This document shows positions 8,221-16,670 of a stretch of DNA of 44,600 bases, piece by piece. The position numbers and the translations under genes are program-made. Positions within the stretch are counted from its first letter, which is position 1, and each line of letters opens with the position of its first letter. Source of the DNA: Chlamydiota bacterium (GTDB lineage Bacteria; Auribacterota; UBA3054; B51-G9); the NCBI GenBank assembly GCA_030596365.1, contig JAUVKG010000001.1, positions 1-44,600 on the forward strand, in the 5' to 3' direction. A model generated the notes under the pieces. It saw nothing but the letters and a program-made list of their open reading frames with translations. It was not told where the DNA came from and ran no database searches.

Positions 8221-8273
8221 TTTTTATCCTGGATTAACGAGTTTTTTGCGATAAATTGTTTTTCGAATAGCCA

Positions 8274-8927
8274 CTATTTAATTTCCATTGACATTAAGTA
8301 CATCCCGCCTTTTTTATCTTTTGGTCCGCTGATAATTGAACGTTTACCTTTTTTGAAATTAAGAGTTTTGCTCCAAGTTTTTTTGCCGGGAACGTTCCAC
8401 ACAACTTTTGCTTTTATCCGTCCGTTATTACTGCTAAGGGGAGTTATTTTAACAGACCCTCCGCGCGAGAATTTAATTTTATATGAACTCTTTATTTTTG
8501 TAGTTTTACTTCCTGATTGTAAGAGTTTATAATCATTATAATCGAGATATCCTGTAAGTTCTTTTTCGCAATTTTCAAGATGGGAATTTGCTGATTTATT
8601 TTTTTTAGTCGTTTGACTGGCAAAAAGTATTCGTGCGTTAATATTTAATTTAGCATTTTTAGCAACGATAGCCGCGCTTCTTTTTTTGTTTGCAGTTATT
8701 TTTCTTGGGGTAATCGCTGTGCCGATTTTTTTCTTTTTAGTCACCACCGGGTTCGTTTTTTTCTTTTTAGTCACCACTGAGTTCGTTTTTTTGTTTTTAG
8801 TCACCACTGAGTTCGTTTTTTTGTTTTTCGTTTCCAATGCGTTACTATCATCAATTTTCGTTATTTTCCCAAAGCATGGCATAGTAATTAAACACATCAG
8901 CAGGAATAATAATAATTTATTTTTCAT
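8274..8927 (-). CDS. secreted Lys-rich protein with a 10-aa tandem repeat
   Basis: I chose the internal start at 8927 because it gives a signal peptide, MKNKLLLFLLMCLITMPCFG. The repeat KNKKTNSVVT occurs about 3.5 times and is encoded by a 30-bp DNA tandem repeat. The ORF overlaps the upstream ORF end by 11 nt. Confidence 0.55.
   Translation of the reverse strand: MKNKLLLFLLMCLITMPCFGKITKIDDSNALETKNKKTNSVVTKNKKTNSVVTKKKKTNPVVTKKKKIGTAITPRKITANKKRSAAIVAKNAKLNINARILFASQTTKKNKSANSHLENCEKELTGYLDYNDYKLLQSGSKTTKIKSSYKIKFSRGGSVKITPLSSNNGRIKAKVVWNVPGKKTWSKTLNFKKGKRSIISGPKDKKGGMYLMSMEIK
8726..8830. repeat. in-frame 30-bp tandem repeat, about 3.5 copies, inside CDS 8274-8927
   Basis: The units are 8726-8755, 8756-8785 and 8786-8815, plus a partial copy. 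They differ at 1-3 positions. Confidence 0.9.
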
Positions 8928-9366
8928 TTTCGGACACCACATTATATTTAAAATATTGAACAAAACTATCTCCACTATCCGTTTCATAAATAACAAAAGA
9001 TTCGTAATCATGAGTTTCCGCAACTGCTGATTTGTTGAACATAGTTGATAAAGCAATAATCGCAACAGCTGCTGTGGCAGTTAACCCCCACATCAGGGAT
9101 TTTCTTTTGCAAATTACAAAGCCGAAGCGATCAGCAATTCTCTCGCAGAACCCCGGTTTTTCTATTTGGTTTACTTCAGCCATAACCCGTTGACCAAGAT
9201 AATCCATTTTACTGTTATTAAATTCGCGGGAATAAGCGTTTTTAAGCAGGGATGAAATTTCTTTTTGCGCTTCAACATTTTCGCGCAGGTTTTCCGGCAT
9301 ATGAATTTCATTATTGAATTCATCTACAAATTTAGTAATTAGTTTTTTGTGGCGTATAGTTTTCAT
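8917..9366 (-). CDS. putative anti-sigma factor (single-pass membrane protein)
   Basis: Its ATG overlaps the sigma factor stop codon (ATGA at 9363-9366). It has a cytoplasmic N-terminal domain followed by one TM helix (MWGLTATAAVAIIALSTMF). The assignment rests on position only. Confidence 0.45.
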   Translation of the reverse strand: MKTIRHKKLITKFVDEFNNEIHMPENLRENVEAQKEISSLLKNAYSREFNNSKMDYLGQRVMAEVNQIEKPGFCERIADRFGFVICKRKSLMWGLTATAAVAIIALSTMFNKSAVAETHDYESFVIYETDSGDSFVQYFKYNVVSENEK

Positions 9367-10040
9367 GATCCAGGGTTAACATAAGGTTTTAAAATATCCC
9401 GTAGCTTTTCGCGCGCGTAATACAGTCGTGACATTACAGTACCAACCGAGCAATTCATAATTTCAGCTATTTCATTATAACTTAAGTCCTCCACTTCTCT
9501 AAGAAGAACAGTTTTCTTTTGTTTTTCGGGCAATTTATCTACTGCTTCAAATATTTTTTTATTTAACTCTTTATTAAGCAAATTAAGATCCGGTCTCATT
9601 GATATATCTTTCGAAGCCGGTTCCCGCAACATTTCATCCACCGGTACAAACACAGCCGAAGGGCGTCGTCGAACATAGTCGATTGAGTGATTCATCACAA
9701 TTCTGTAAAGCCATGTATAGAGCTTTGATGTTCCTTGAAAAGAATGCAATTTTCTATAAACTTTTATAAATGATTCCTGAACAATGTCCATTGCATCATC
9801 TTCATTATGAACCACCGACCATGCGAGCCTCGTCAAGCGGTGTTTATAACGATATATAATTGCAGCGAACGCTTTCTCATCACCGTTTTGGAATGCGTTA
9901 ACGAGCTGCACATCTGTTTTATCTGCCAATAAACCATCCGCGTGCAATACCGCGACTTTCTTTTTCCCCTTCTTTTCAGCAGGGAAAGAGTCTAATTGTC
10001 CTTTTGTATGATTTGACGCAGACATTTTAAATTTATTCAT
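9363..10040 (-). CDS. RNA polymerase ECF-type sigma-70 family factor
   Basis: Region 2 is recognisable (DAMDIVQESFIKVYRKL, YTWLYRIVMNHSIDYVRRR). Region 4 is recognisable (LPEKQKKTVLLREVEDLSYNEIAEIMNCSVGTVMSRLYYAREKL). Confidence 0.85.
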   Translation of the reverse strand: MNKFKMSASNHTKGQLDSFPAEKKGKKKVAVLHADGLLADKTDVQLVNAFQNGDEKAFAAIIYRYKHRLTRLAWSVVHNEDDAMDIVQESFIKVYRKLHSFQGTSKLYTWLYRIVMNHSIDYVRRRPSAVFVPVDEMLREPASKDISMRPDLNLLNKELNKKIFEAVDKLPEKQKKTVLLREVEDLSYNEIAEIMNCSVGTVMSRLYYAREKLRDILKPYVNPGS

Positions 10041-10625
10041 TTATATTATTTTCACGCCTTTTGCGCGCAGTTCATCGGCAAACATTTTGGTTTTTTCTTT
10101 CGGCATATTTATTTCACAAATTATATCCGTTTCAAATACCGGATTATTTAAAGTCCCTCCGGCAATTTCCACCTCATGTTTTACAGTATCATAAAGCGAA
10201 TACGGCAAGCGGATTTTCAGTGTTTCCATTTGCCGTTTGATTACTATTTCAGCATTTTCAATTGTTATACGCGCAGATGTGGCGTAAGCATCAATCAAAC
10301 CCCGAATTCCTAATTTTACGCCGCCAAAATATCTAATTACTACAATTATAACATTTTGCAGTTCAAAATGCGAAATCATTCCTAATATCGGGCGGCCGGC
10401 TGATCCACTTGGTTCGCCGGCATCACTATAATATTTCTGAGGATTTTCCGGGAATCCTGTTTTGTATGCCCAGCAGCAATGTGCTGCGTCAGGATAACGC
10501 GCAGAGTAATCGCGAATAAATTTCTGAACTTCGGCAACATTATCCGCTGGCAGTGCGAATCCGAGAAAGCGTGATCTACTGACCACAAGCTCTGATTCGG
10601 CGATGTTTTTTATGGAATTATACAT
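10041..10625 (-). CDS. yigZ: IMPACT/YigZ family protein (UPF0029)
   Basis: Family blocks are present: SRFLGFA, AAHCCWAY, SDAGEPSGSAGRPIL and VIRYFGGVKLG. Confidence 0.85.
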   Translation of the reverse strand: MYNSIKNIAESELVVSRSRFLGFALPADNVAEVQKFIRDYSARYPDAAHCCWAYKTGFPENPQKYYSDAGEPSGSAGRPILGMISHFELQNVIIVVIRYFGGVKLGIRGLIDAYATSARITIENAEIVIKRQMETLKIRLPYSLYDTVKHEVEIAGGTLNNPVFETDIICEINMPKEKTKMFADELRAKGVKII

Positions 10626-10633
10626 TTTTTATA

Positions 10634-10749
10634 TTGGACATTTAGGACAAATTGGACAAATTGGACAAATTGGTCATATTGGTCATATTGGTCATATGGA
10701 CATAATGGACAAATTGGTCATATGGACATAATGGACATAATGGACAAAT
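10634..10749. repeat. short tandem repeat array of 8-9 nt GGACA/GGTCA units
   Basis: The units ATTGGACAA, ATTGGTCAT and ATGGACATA are interleaved, about 13 in total, between the hemW stop and the yigZ start. Confidence 0.9.
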
Positions 10750-10833
10750 AGCATCCCGTCCTTCGGGCGTTCCTTTTTTAAGAAAACGCGCGCTGAGAAC
10801 CCAGCATACACGGGTCAAGAATGCGGCTTACTT

Positions 10834-11994
10834 TTATACAAATTCCGCCATTACCGAGTTTGCGATTTGGAATCCTCTTTTTGTCAGCGCGATTATATTT
10901 TTTTGTTTTCTTTTAATAAGTCCTGAATTTATTTGCTGCTGTATTTCGTTTTCAAAGAGTTTTTCTTCAGAATAAGATAATTTCACACCGGCTGTGAGCC
11001 GCAAACCGAGATAGATTTTTTCGCCAATTTTTTGTTTGTGAGTTAATTCCCGGCTGAAAAATCTGAATTTTTGTTTTGCGTTTATTCTTTCTATGTATTT
11101 TCTAATTGATTTAATATTCCGGAATCTTCTTTTTCCCGTACCGGCAGTTAAATAACAATAAGAATGTGCCGCGGCGCCAAAGCCGATATAATTTTTTGTT
11201 GTATCCCAATAAGTTATATTATGAGCTGACTCAAAGCCCTGTTTTGCGAAGTTTGAAATTTCGTAACGCGTGTACGAATTTGCAGACAAATATTTTTCTG
11301 CATTAATGAACCAATTCATTACAGTATCATCATCAGGCCACAGCCAATTTTTGGTTTTATTTTTTTTCCACTTGTCAAATGGGGTTCCCGGTTCAACGCT
11401 TAAAGAATAAATAGAAATATGTTCAGGCATCCATTTTTCAACAATACGTTTCAAATTGTTTTTAAAAGATTCTTTTGTTTGTCCCGGAATTCCGTAAATA
11501 AGATCTGTTGAAATATTTTTTGCGCCTGCTTGGCGTAAAAGTTTGTACGCCGTTTCTGCTTTTTCTGAATTGTGAAGTCTGCCAAGTTTAACTAATTCAT
11601 TGTCATCAAGCGATTGAACGCCGAGACTGAATCTGTTCACGCCTGCTTTAAGGATTAAGTCTGCGAATTTTTTTGTTAGTGAATTCGGGTTGCATTCAAC
11701 AGATATTTCCGCATTATTGTTTATAGAATAATTTTCGCGCAGCGTTTCAAGAGTTTTTAAAAGAAATTTCACTGGTACGCTTGAAGGCGTTCCTCCGCCA
11801 AAGAAAACAGATGTCACGTTTATTTTACCGGAAAGTTTATTTTGAAATTCAGCAGCAGCAATAATTTCCTTTTGCAGTGCATTAAAATATGGTTGGAAAA
11901 GATTATTTTCACCTGCAGTGCTTGGAAAATTGCAATATGAGCATTTACTTTCGCAAAAAGGAATATGGATATAAATACTTAACTGGTTATTCAT
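10834..11994 (-). CDS. hemW: radical SAM heme chaperone HemW (HemN-like, oxygen-independent coproporphyrinogen oxidase family)
   Basis: The radical SAM motif YIHIPFCESKCSYCNF (CxxxCxxC) is present, as are GGGTPS and the HemN C-terminal region. The length of 386 aa fits HemW rather than HemN. Confidence 0.85.
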   Translation of the reverse strand: MNNQLSIYIHIPFCESKCSYCNFPSTAGENNLFQPYFNALQKEIIAAAEFQNKLSGKINVTSVFFGGGTPSSVPVKFLLKTLETLRENYSINNNAEISVECNPNSLTKKFADLILKAGVNRFSLGVQSLDDNELVKLGRLHNSEKAETAYKLLRQAGAKNISTDLIYGIPGQTKESFKNNLKRIVEKWMPEHISIYSLSVEPGTPFDKWKKNKTKNWLWPDDDTVMNWFINAEKYLSANSYTRYEISNFAKQGFESAHNITYWDTTKNYIGFGAAAHSYCYLTAGTGKRRFRNIKSIRKYIERINAKQKFRFFSRELTHKQKIGEKIYLGLRLTAGVKLSYSEEKLFENEIQQQINSGLIKRKQKNIIALTKRGFQIANSVMAEFV

Positions 11995-12484
11995 ATAATG
12001 CTCTTTTAATCATGAACAAGTTGTCTTTCGGCTTACTTTTTACTTGAAAGATAATTTCCTGTGCAATGGGAACATCAGCGGGTAACAGATCATAATTTAA
12101 GAGTTCCTCAGGCGCAACGAAAGCGATTTCTTCGTGTTCGGAAGGCATAACTATACCTGACAAAATTTTTGCGTCAAAAGCCATAAGGCGAATGATTTTA
12201 TTATTTGTTTTGTGTTCTGATTCGATAATAAAATTACCAACTTCAATTTCCACGCCAAATTCTTCGTTGATTTCCCTCGCCAGGCACTCTTCACAGGTTT
12301 CTCCATGTTCAACTTTTCCGCCGGGGAATTCCCAGCCTGGATTACCGCATAAGCTGGTTTTTCGTCTTGCGATGAGAATTTTCCCATTATTTTTTATTAC
12401 TGCAGCTGTAACCGGAATAGTTTTCACTTTGACCTTTTTAGTGAAGTTCTTTATAATATTAGAGTAAAAGATTAACTTCTCCAT
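11987..12484 (-). CDS. NUDIX hydrolase (MutT-like)
   Basis: The Nudix box GWEFPGGKVEHGETCEECLAREINEEFGVEI is present. Confidence 0.8.
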   Translation of the reverse strand: MEKLIFYSNIIKNFTKKVKVKTIPVTAAVIKNNGKILIARRKTSLCGNPGWEFPGGKVEHGETCEECLAREINEEFGVEIEVGNFIIESEHKTNNKIIRLMAFDAKILSGIVMPSEHEEIAFVAPEELLNYDLLPADVPIAQEIIFQVKSKPKDNLFMIKRALYE

Positions 12485-12516
12485 TTAATAAACAAAAAAG
12501 GTAACCGGGGAATATT

Positions 12517-12885
12517 ATGAAAAAGTTTTTATTATTAACAGTTGTATCCATTGTATTATGCTCAGCTACACAAAGTTTTGCGGCTGGCGAACCAATTCTG
12601 ATGTTCACCGTTGATCACGAATGGACATGGCAAAATCTTTCTTACGGGCCGTTGGAAATGTTAGTCTCACCGGTATTTATAATAATTGGTCCTGTAGCAG
12701 GAGTAAATGGCGGTATAGAATATTTTAACGAAGAAGAAGACACAGTTTTTTACAGAACAATGAAATCCACCGGAGGAGCAATTACAGGACTGTTTATAGG
12801 TCTTGCAGCCGCTCCCGCCGTTCTTTTAAAAGGAGGAATAGATACACTTACCGGCGGTGCATTCACCACGGGCGCATTTTTCTAG
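12517..12885 (+). CDS. small secreted/membrane Gly-rich protein, unknown function
   Basis: The signal peptide is MKKFLLLTVVSIVLCSATQSFA. Hydrophobic Gly-rich segments follow. No family was recognised. Confidence 0.4.
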   Translation: MKKFLLLTVVSIVLCSATQSFAAGEPILMFTVDHEWTWQNLSYGPLEMLVSPVFIIIGPVAGVNGGIEYFNEEEDTVFYRTMKSTGGAITGLFIGLAAAPAVLLKGGIDTLTGGAFTTGAFF

Positions 12886-12895
12886 AGCGTCAAAT

Positions 12896-14155
12896 TCATC
12901 CTTCGAATTTTTTAAACAGGAGCACAGCGTTGTGTCCGCCGAATCCGAGATTACTTGATGCCACAACGTCAACTTTCTTTTCACGCGCTTTATTTGGCAC
13001 ATAATCAAGGTCACATTCAGGATCAGGCACTTCATAATTAATTGTCGGGGGAATAATTCCTGTTTCAAGAACCTTCATACAGACCATTGCTTCAACCCCT
13101 CCACATCCGCCAACCATATGTCCGGTCATTGATTTTGTAGAACTGACACACAGTTTGTACGCATGGTCGCCAAAGGCATTTTTAATTGCTATAGTTTCTG
13201 TTTTATCATTGTATTTAGTAGATGTACCGTGTGCATTGATATAACCGACAGCTTCGGGAGGCAGTCCGGCTTCTTTAAGCGCCATTTTCATTGCGAGAGT
13301 TACATATTTACCTGAAGGTTCGGGAGCGGTCATGTGGTATGCATCAGTAGTTTGGCCGCAACCGGCAATTTCGGCATAGATTTTAGCGCCGCGTGATTTT
13401 GCGTGTTTAAGAGTTTCGAGGATTAAAATTCCAGCTCCTTCAGACATAACAAATCCTGAGCGATTTTTTTCGAAGGGTCTGGAAACTCTTTTAGGATCAC
13501 CATCGCCGTCCCATTGCGACAAAGCTTTCATATTACCAAATGCAGCAATAGAAATTTCACAGACTGCTGATTCAGCTCCGCCTGCGATAATAATATTTTC
13601 ATTTCCGTATTGAAGTCTTTTTACTGCTGTTATAATAGCATCGGTGCCAGCTGCACAAGCGGTATTGACGCCAAAAGTCGCACCGTGGATCCCTTGTTTT
13701 AGCGCGACTGTATGTGCCGTAACTTCAGGTGTTCCCGAAGGAACGAGGAAGGGAGATACCCTGGCCGGGCCTTTTTGTACGATAACCATGGACATTTTAG
13801 AAATATTAGCAACTCCGCCCATTCCAGTGCCTACGATTACACCGACATCAAGATTTTCGCCGCGAGACTCAAAATCCAAACCGGCATCATTAATTGCTTC
13901 CGTTGCAGCAGATACACCGAGAAGAACACTGCGGTCATACCTTTGAGCATCTCTTGGAGTAAAGCCGTACTGCGTAGAATCTAAATCTTTGACTTCCCCG
14001 CCAATATGGACACGATAATCGCTTGTATCAAAATATGAAATTTTATCAATACCACTGCGACCATTAATCAGATTATCCCAATTAGCATCAACACCGATTC
14101 CGGTGCAGGCCATTGTGCCGATTCCGGTGATTACTATTCGTTTTTTTTCAGACAT
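12896..14155 (-). CDS. fabF: beta-ketoacyl-ACP synthase II
   Basis: The protein shows full-length KAS II similarity. The active-site context NTACAAG is present, along with the HGTST and GHMVGGCG motifs and a GFGGHNAVLLF C-terminus. Confidence 0.95.
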   Translation of the reverse strand: MSEKKRIVITGIGTMACTGIGVDANWDNLINGRSGIDKISYFDTSDYRVHIGGEVKDLDSTQYGFTPRDAQRYDRSVLLGVSAATEAINDAGLDFESRGENLDVGVIVGTGMGGVANISKMSMVIVQKGPARVSPFLVPSGTPEVTAHTVALKQGIHGATFGVNTACAAGTDAIITAVKRLQYGNENIIIAGGAESAVCEISIAAFGNMKALSQWDGDGDPKRVSRPFEKNRSGFVMSEGAGILILETLKHAKSRGAKIYAEIAGCGQTTDAYHMTAPEPSGKYVTLAMKMALKEAGLPPEAVGYINAHGTSTKYNDKTETIAIKNAFGDHAYKLCVSSTKSMTGHMVGGCGGVEAMVCMKVLETGIIPPTINYEVPDPECDLDYVPNKAREKKVDVVASSNLGFGGHNAVLLFKKFEG

Positions 14156-14264
14156 ATGAATTTTTATAACTTGTTATAATTTTGCTTGTTTACATGTAAA
14201 GGCTTTTTTATTATACTAAAAAAGCGATATTTGAGCAAAGCGTAATTAAAATATGGAGATTTTT

Positions 14265-14699
14265 ATGAAAAAAATGTCAGTTGGCGTACTTTATGGAAGC
14301 ACTTCCGATGAAACTGTTATGGCTGATTGCCTTAAAACACTGGATAAATTAGGCATTGGTTATGAAGTAAATGTAATGTCGGCACACAGAACACCGGCAG
14401 AAGTAGCTGATTATTCGCAAAAAGCCGCTTCAAGAGGTTTAAAAGTATTAATCGCCGGGGCGGGACTTGCAGCTCATCTCGCTGGAGCAGTTGCTGCAAA
14501 CACTAAACTTCCGGTCATCGGCGTACCATTAAGCGCAGGAACTCTTGGCGGTCTTGACGCGCTTCTTTCCACAGTACAAATGCCTCCCGGTGTTCCCGTA
14601 GCAACTGTTGCTATTGGTAAGTATGGCGCAAAGAACGCGGCGTGGCTTGCAGCGCGAATAATTGCGTTAAGCGATGCAGACATTGCATCTATTTTGTAG
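14265..14699 (+). CDS. purE: 5-(carboxyamino)imidazole ribonucleotide mutase
   Basis: The motifs GSTSD, SAHRTP and AGLAAHLAG are present. The ATG at 14265 has GGAG 6 nt upstream. The track start at 14253 is 4 codons longer. Confidence 0.9.
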   Translation: MKKMSVGVLYGSTSDETVMADCLKTLDKLGIGYEVNVMSAHRTPAEVADYSQKAASRGLKVLIAGAGLAAHLAGAVAANTKLPVIGVPLSAGTLGGLDALLSTVQMPPGVPVATVAIGKYGAKNAAWLAARIIALSDADIASIL

Positions 14700-14730
14700 A
14701 AATTGAATAAAAAATAGAAGAGTTAAGAAA

Positions 14731-15318
14731 ATGGCTATAAAAATTTCTGTAAGAGCAGATACACTAAACTTAACCGATGAAATTAAACCGGCGGCGGAAG
14801 CTGTCAGACGCGGCGATCTCGTGATTTTTCCCACGGAAACAGTTTACGGAATTGCCGCGCGCGCGGACATTCCTGCAGCGGTTCAAAAGATTTATATTGC
14901 AAAAGACAGATCAATAGATAAGCCTTTTGCTTATCATATTGGAAGTTGGGAAATGATGTTTCGTGTCACTGGAGAAATTCCAAAAGAGATTTCAGAATTA
15001 TTAAGAAGACATTTACCGGGAGCTTATACATTTTTGATGAACATTAACGGCGTTAAAACCGGCATCAGATTCCCAAAATGCCCTGTCGCACAGGCCTTTT
15101 TAAATGAATGCGATTGTCCTGTTATGGCAACAAGTGCAAATATCAGTGACGAACCAAGTCCAACAAATATTGATATGACTGCTGACATTCAAAAGTTTGC
15201 GGCTTATATAATAGATTTTGGACCGACACCGGAAAAGGGCGAGTCAACTGTTGTTGATTTAACCACGCATCCGCCAACTGTTATAAGACACGGGAGCGGG
15301 AAGTGGGAAAATCCGTGA
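14731..15318 (+). CDS. tsaC: L-threonylcarbamoyladenylate synthase (YrdC/TsaC type)
   Basis: The YrdC domain motifs FPTETVYGIAA, ATSANISDEPS and STVVDLT are present. The 195-aa length indicates a single-domain protein. Confidence 0.85.
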   Translation: MAIKISVRADTLNLTDEIKPAAEAVRRGDLVIFPTETVYGIAARADIPAAVQKIYIAKDRSIDKPFAYHIGSWEMMFRVTGEIPKEISELLRRHLPGAYTFLMNINGVKTGIRFPKCPVAQAFLNECDCPVMATSANISDEPSPTNIDMTADIQKFAAYIIDFGPTPEKGESTVVDLTTHPPTVIRHGSGKWENP

Positions 15319-15353
15319 TCCGTGATCCGTGATCCGTAATCCGTAATCCGTAA
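15312..15353. repeat. heptamer tandem array TCCGTGA x3 then TCCGTAA x3; the first unit contains the tsaC stop codon
   Basis: Six exact 7-nt units are visible. TGA or TAA occurs at 15316, 15323, 15330, 15337, 15344 and 15351, which covers all three reading frames. Confidence 0.95.
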
Positions 15354-15488
15354 TTAGACGTTGCTCGAAAAGGGTTCAGCCGCAAAGCGGCGTTAAAATC
15401 CCCCTAAACCCCCTTTATGAAAGGGGGAATTGCTTTAGATGACTTTCAGAATTTAAATGTTTTGCACCTTTTCGAGCGCCGTCTAATT
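15352..15488. repeat. 137-nt hairpin element (22-bp imperfect terminal inverted repeat) containing a 42-nt core that recurs inverted at 16051-16092
   Basis: AATTAGACGTTGCTCGAAAAGG (15352-15373) pairs with CCTTTTCGAGCGCCGTCTAATT (15467-15488) at 20 of 22 positions. Inner hairpins are GCCGC-AAA-GCGGC and CCCCCTTT-ATG-AAAGGGGG. Confidence 0.8.
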
Positions 15489-15644
15489 AGGTGTCAGGTG
15501 TCAGGTCCTGCCTATGGCGGGATAAATGTCATGCTTGCCACGCCACAGGCGGGGTGTCAGAAATTTCATCCCAATAAATCGGGATGAAATTGCAGCTACA
15601 AATTCAAATTTTTGATTTGAATTTAATCCAAACGAGAAAAAATC

Positions 15645-15899
15645 ATGTCAATGGAACAAACAATGAAAGAATTGCAGAAACAGGCTCAATGCCCTTACGC
15701 AGATGGAAAATTATTAATTTATGCTAAAGCGATGGACCCATATCACAGACGTTATATTATTCTTGAATGTCCCGCGAAAAGAAGAACGATTACTAATCCT
15801 GAGGAATGGAAAGTTTTTGAAGAAGAAATAAAAACTGTTTGCTGCGATCCTAATTTCGCGAAAATTTGCTCTGCGTACAAAGAAGTAAATAAAAAGTGA
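15645..15899 (+). CDS. hypothetical Cys-rich 84-aa protein
   Basis: The ORF carries six Cys residues (CPY, ECP, VCCD, ICS). No family was recognised. It lies between the two inverted copies of the 42-nt core repeat. Confidence 0.4.
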   Translation: MSMEQTMKELQKQAQCPYADGKLLIYAKAMDPYHRRYIILECPAKRRTITNPEEWKVFEEEIKTVCCDPNFAKICSAYKEVNKK

Positions 15900-15943
15900 C
15901 GTTTAACGTTTGACGTTTGATACTTGATGTTTGATGTTGAACG
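15898..15943. repeat. degenerate heptamer array (GACGTTT/AACGTTT/GATGTTT) starting within the stop codon of ORF 15645-15899
   Basis: The sequence reads GACGTTT AACGTTT GACGTTT GATACTT GATGTTT GATGTT. It is followed by the hairpin-containing repeat at 15939-15965. Confidence 0.8.
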
Positions 15944-15965
15944 CAAAGCGTTACTTCGTTAGGAC
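15939..15965. repeat. copy of the GAACG..AGCGTTACTTCGTTAGGAC element (other copy at 2197-2227)
   Basis: AGCGTTACTTCGTTAGGAC is identical at both loci. Each copy is preceded by a GAC-type short tandem repeat and contains an AACG/CGTT hairpin. Confidence 0.8.
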
Positions 15966-16033
15966 ATTGGACGTTGGGAATGGATAAATCACCTGATTAT
16001 ATGCTGCATGGAAAGGGGTTGACAAGAAAAGCA

Positions 16034-16092
16034 CCCCTCCTAAAACAGGAGGGGATTTTAGTGCCGCTTTGCGGCTGAACCCTTTTCGAGCA
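16034..16092. repeat. inverted copy of the 42-nt core (TGCTCGAAAAGGGTTCAGCCGCAAAGCGGC..TAAAATCCCC) plus an adjacent CCCCTCC/GGAGGGG hairpin
   Basis: The reverse complement of 16051-16092 matches 15362-15403 with 2 mismatches. Confidence 0.85.
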
Positions 16093-16160
16093 GCCCCTAG
16101 TCAAGCTCTTGACCGGCGAATGCCGGTTCCAGCTTGACATTAAAACATTAAGCTGGAAGC

Positions 16161-16670
16161 TTAATTTACTTTCATCCAACTTTCCAAACTATCTGCTGAC
16201 TGGTAGCCTTGTTTTCTTGAAATAATTCCACCGTTTTTGAAGTGGAATAACGCCGGTACAGCCTGGATTGAATATTTTGCAGAAAGTTCTTTATTTTTTG
16301 AAGCATTAATTTTTAGAATAATTATTTTATTTTTATATTTTCTTGCTAAATTATAAAGTTCCGGCATAAGTTTACGGCATGGAGGGCATGCTGTCAAATA
16401 AAAGTCGGCGATCAAATTTTTATCGCCCGCATTTTTTATTGCAGTTTCAAATTCAGCGGTAGAATTGATATCTATCACATTAGTTACATCTTCCGGTGTT
16501 TTTGGAACACCGGCAAAAAGATTACTTAGCAGCAAACCGAAAACCGCTCCGAGTGCTGCGGCGCCCCACCAGGTACTTGTAAACGGGCATGTTCCCGTAC
16601 TGCATTTCCCGAAATAGCCCAATGCGCCCCCGATTGCCGCGCCGGCAATTATGAACAAGATTTTTGTCAT
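16161..16670 (-). CDS. membrane-anchored thioredoxin-family protein
   Basis: The N-terminus has a Gly-rich TM region. The C-terminal thioredoxin fold carries the CPPC active site (DFYLTACPPCRKL) and the AVPALFHFKNG motif. Confidence 0.8.
   Translation of the reverse strand: MTKILFIIAGAAIGGALGYFGKCSTGTCPFTSTWWGAAALGAVFGLLLSNLFAGVPKTPEDVTNVIDINSTAEFETAIKNAGDKNLIADFYLTACPPCRKLMPELYNLARKYKNKIIILKINASKNKELSAKYSIQAVPALFHFKNGGIISRKQGYQSADSLESWMKVN

Noticed and set aside
13644-13984. Antisense and alternative-frame ORFs inside long genes. Examples are 13644-13946 and 13712-13984 in fabF, 34982-35407 in pilMN, 33490-34386 in the PilO-like region, 29392-29825, 8686-9030 and 44033-44541.
   Set aside because: All are nested within, or lie opposite to, ORFs with clear family motifs. 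They show no motifs of their own, and several are produced by repeat or biased composition.
15352-16092. Whether the imperfect inverted repeats around the 84-aa ORF are integron attC sites, making this a gene cassette.
   Set aside because: I could find no RYYYAAC/GTTRRRY core sites at the repeat ends (GTTAGGA at about 15958 does not fit). No integrase is nearby, and the same repeat types are dispersed in ordinary spacers.
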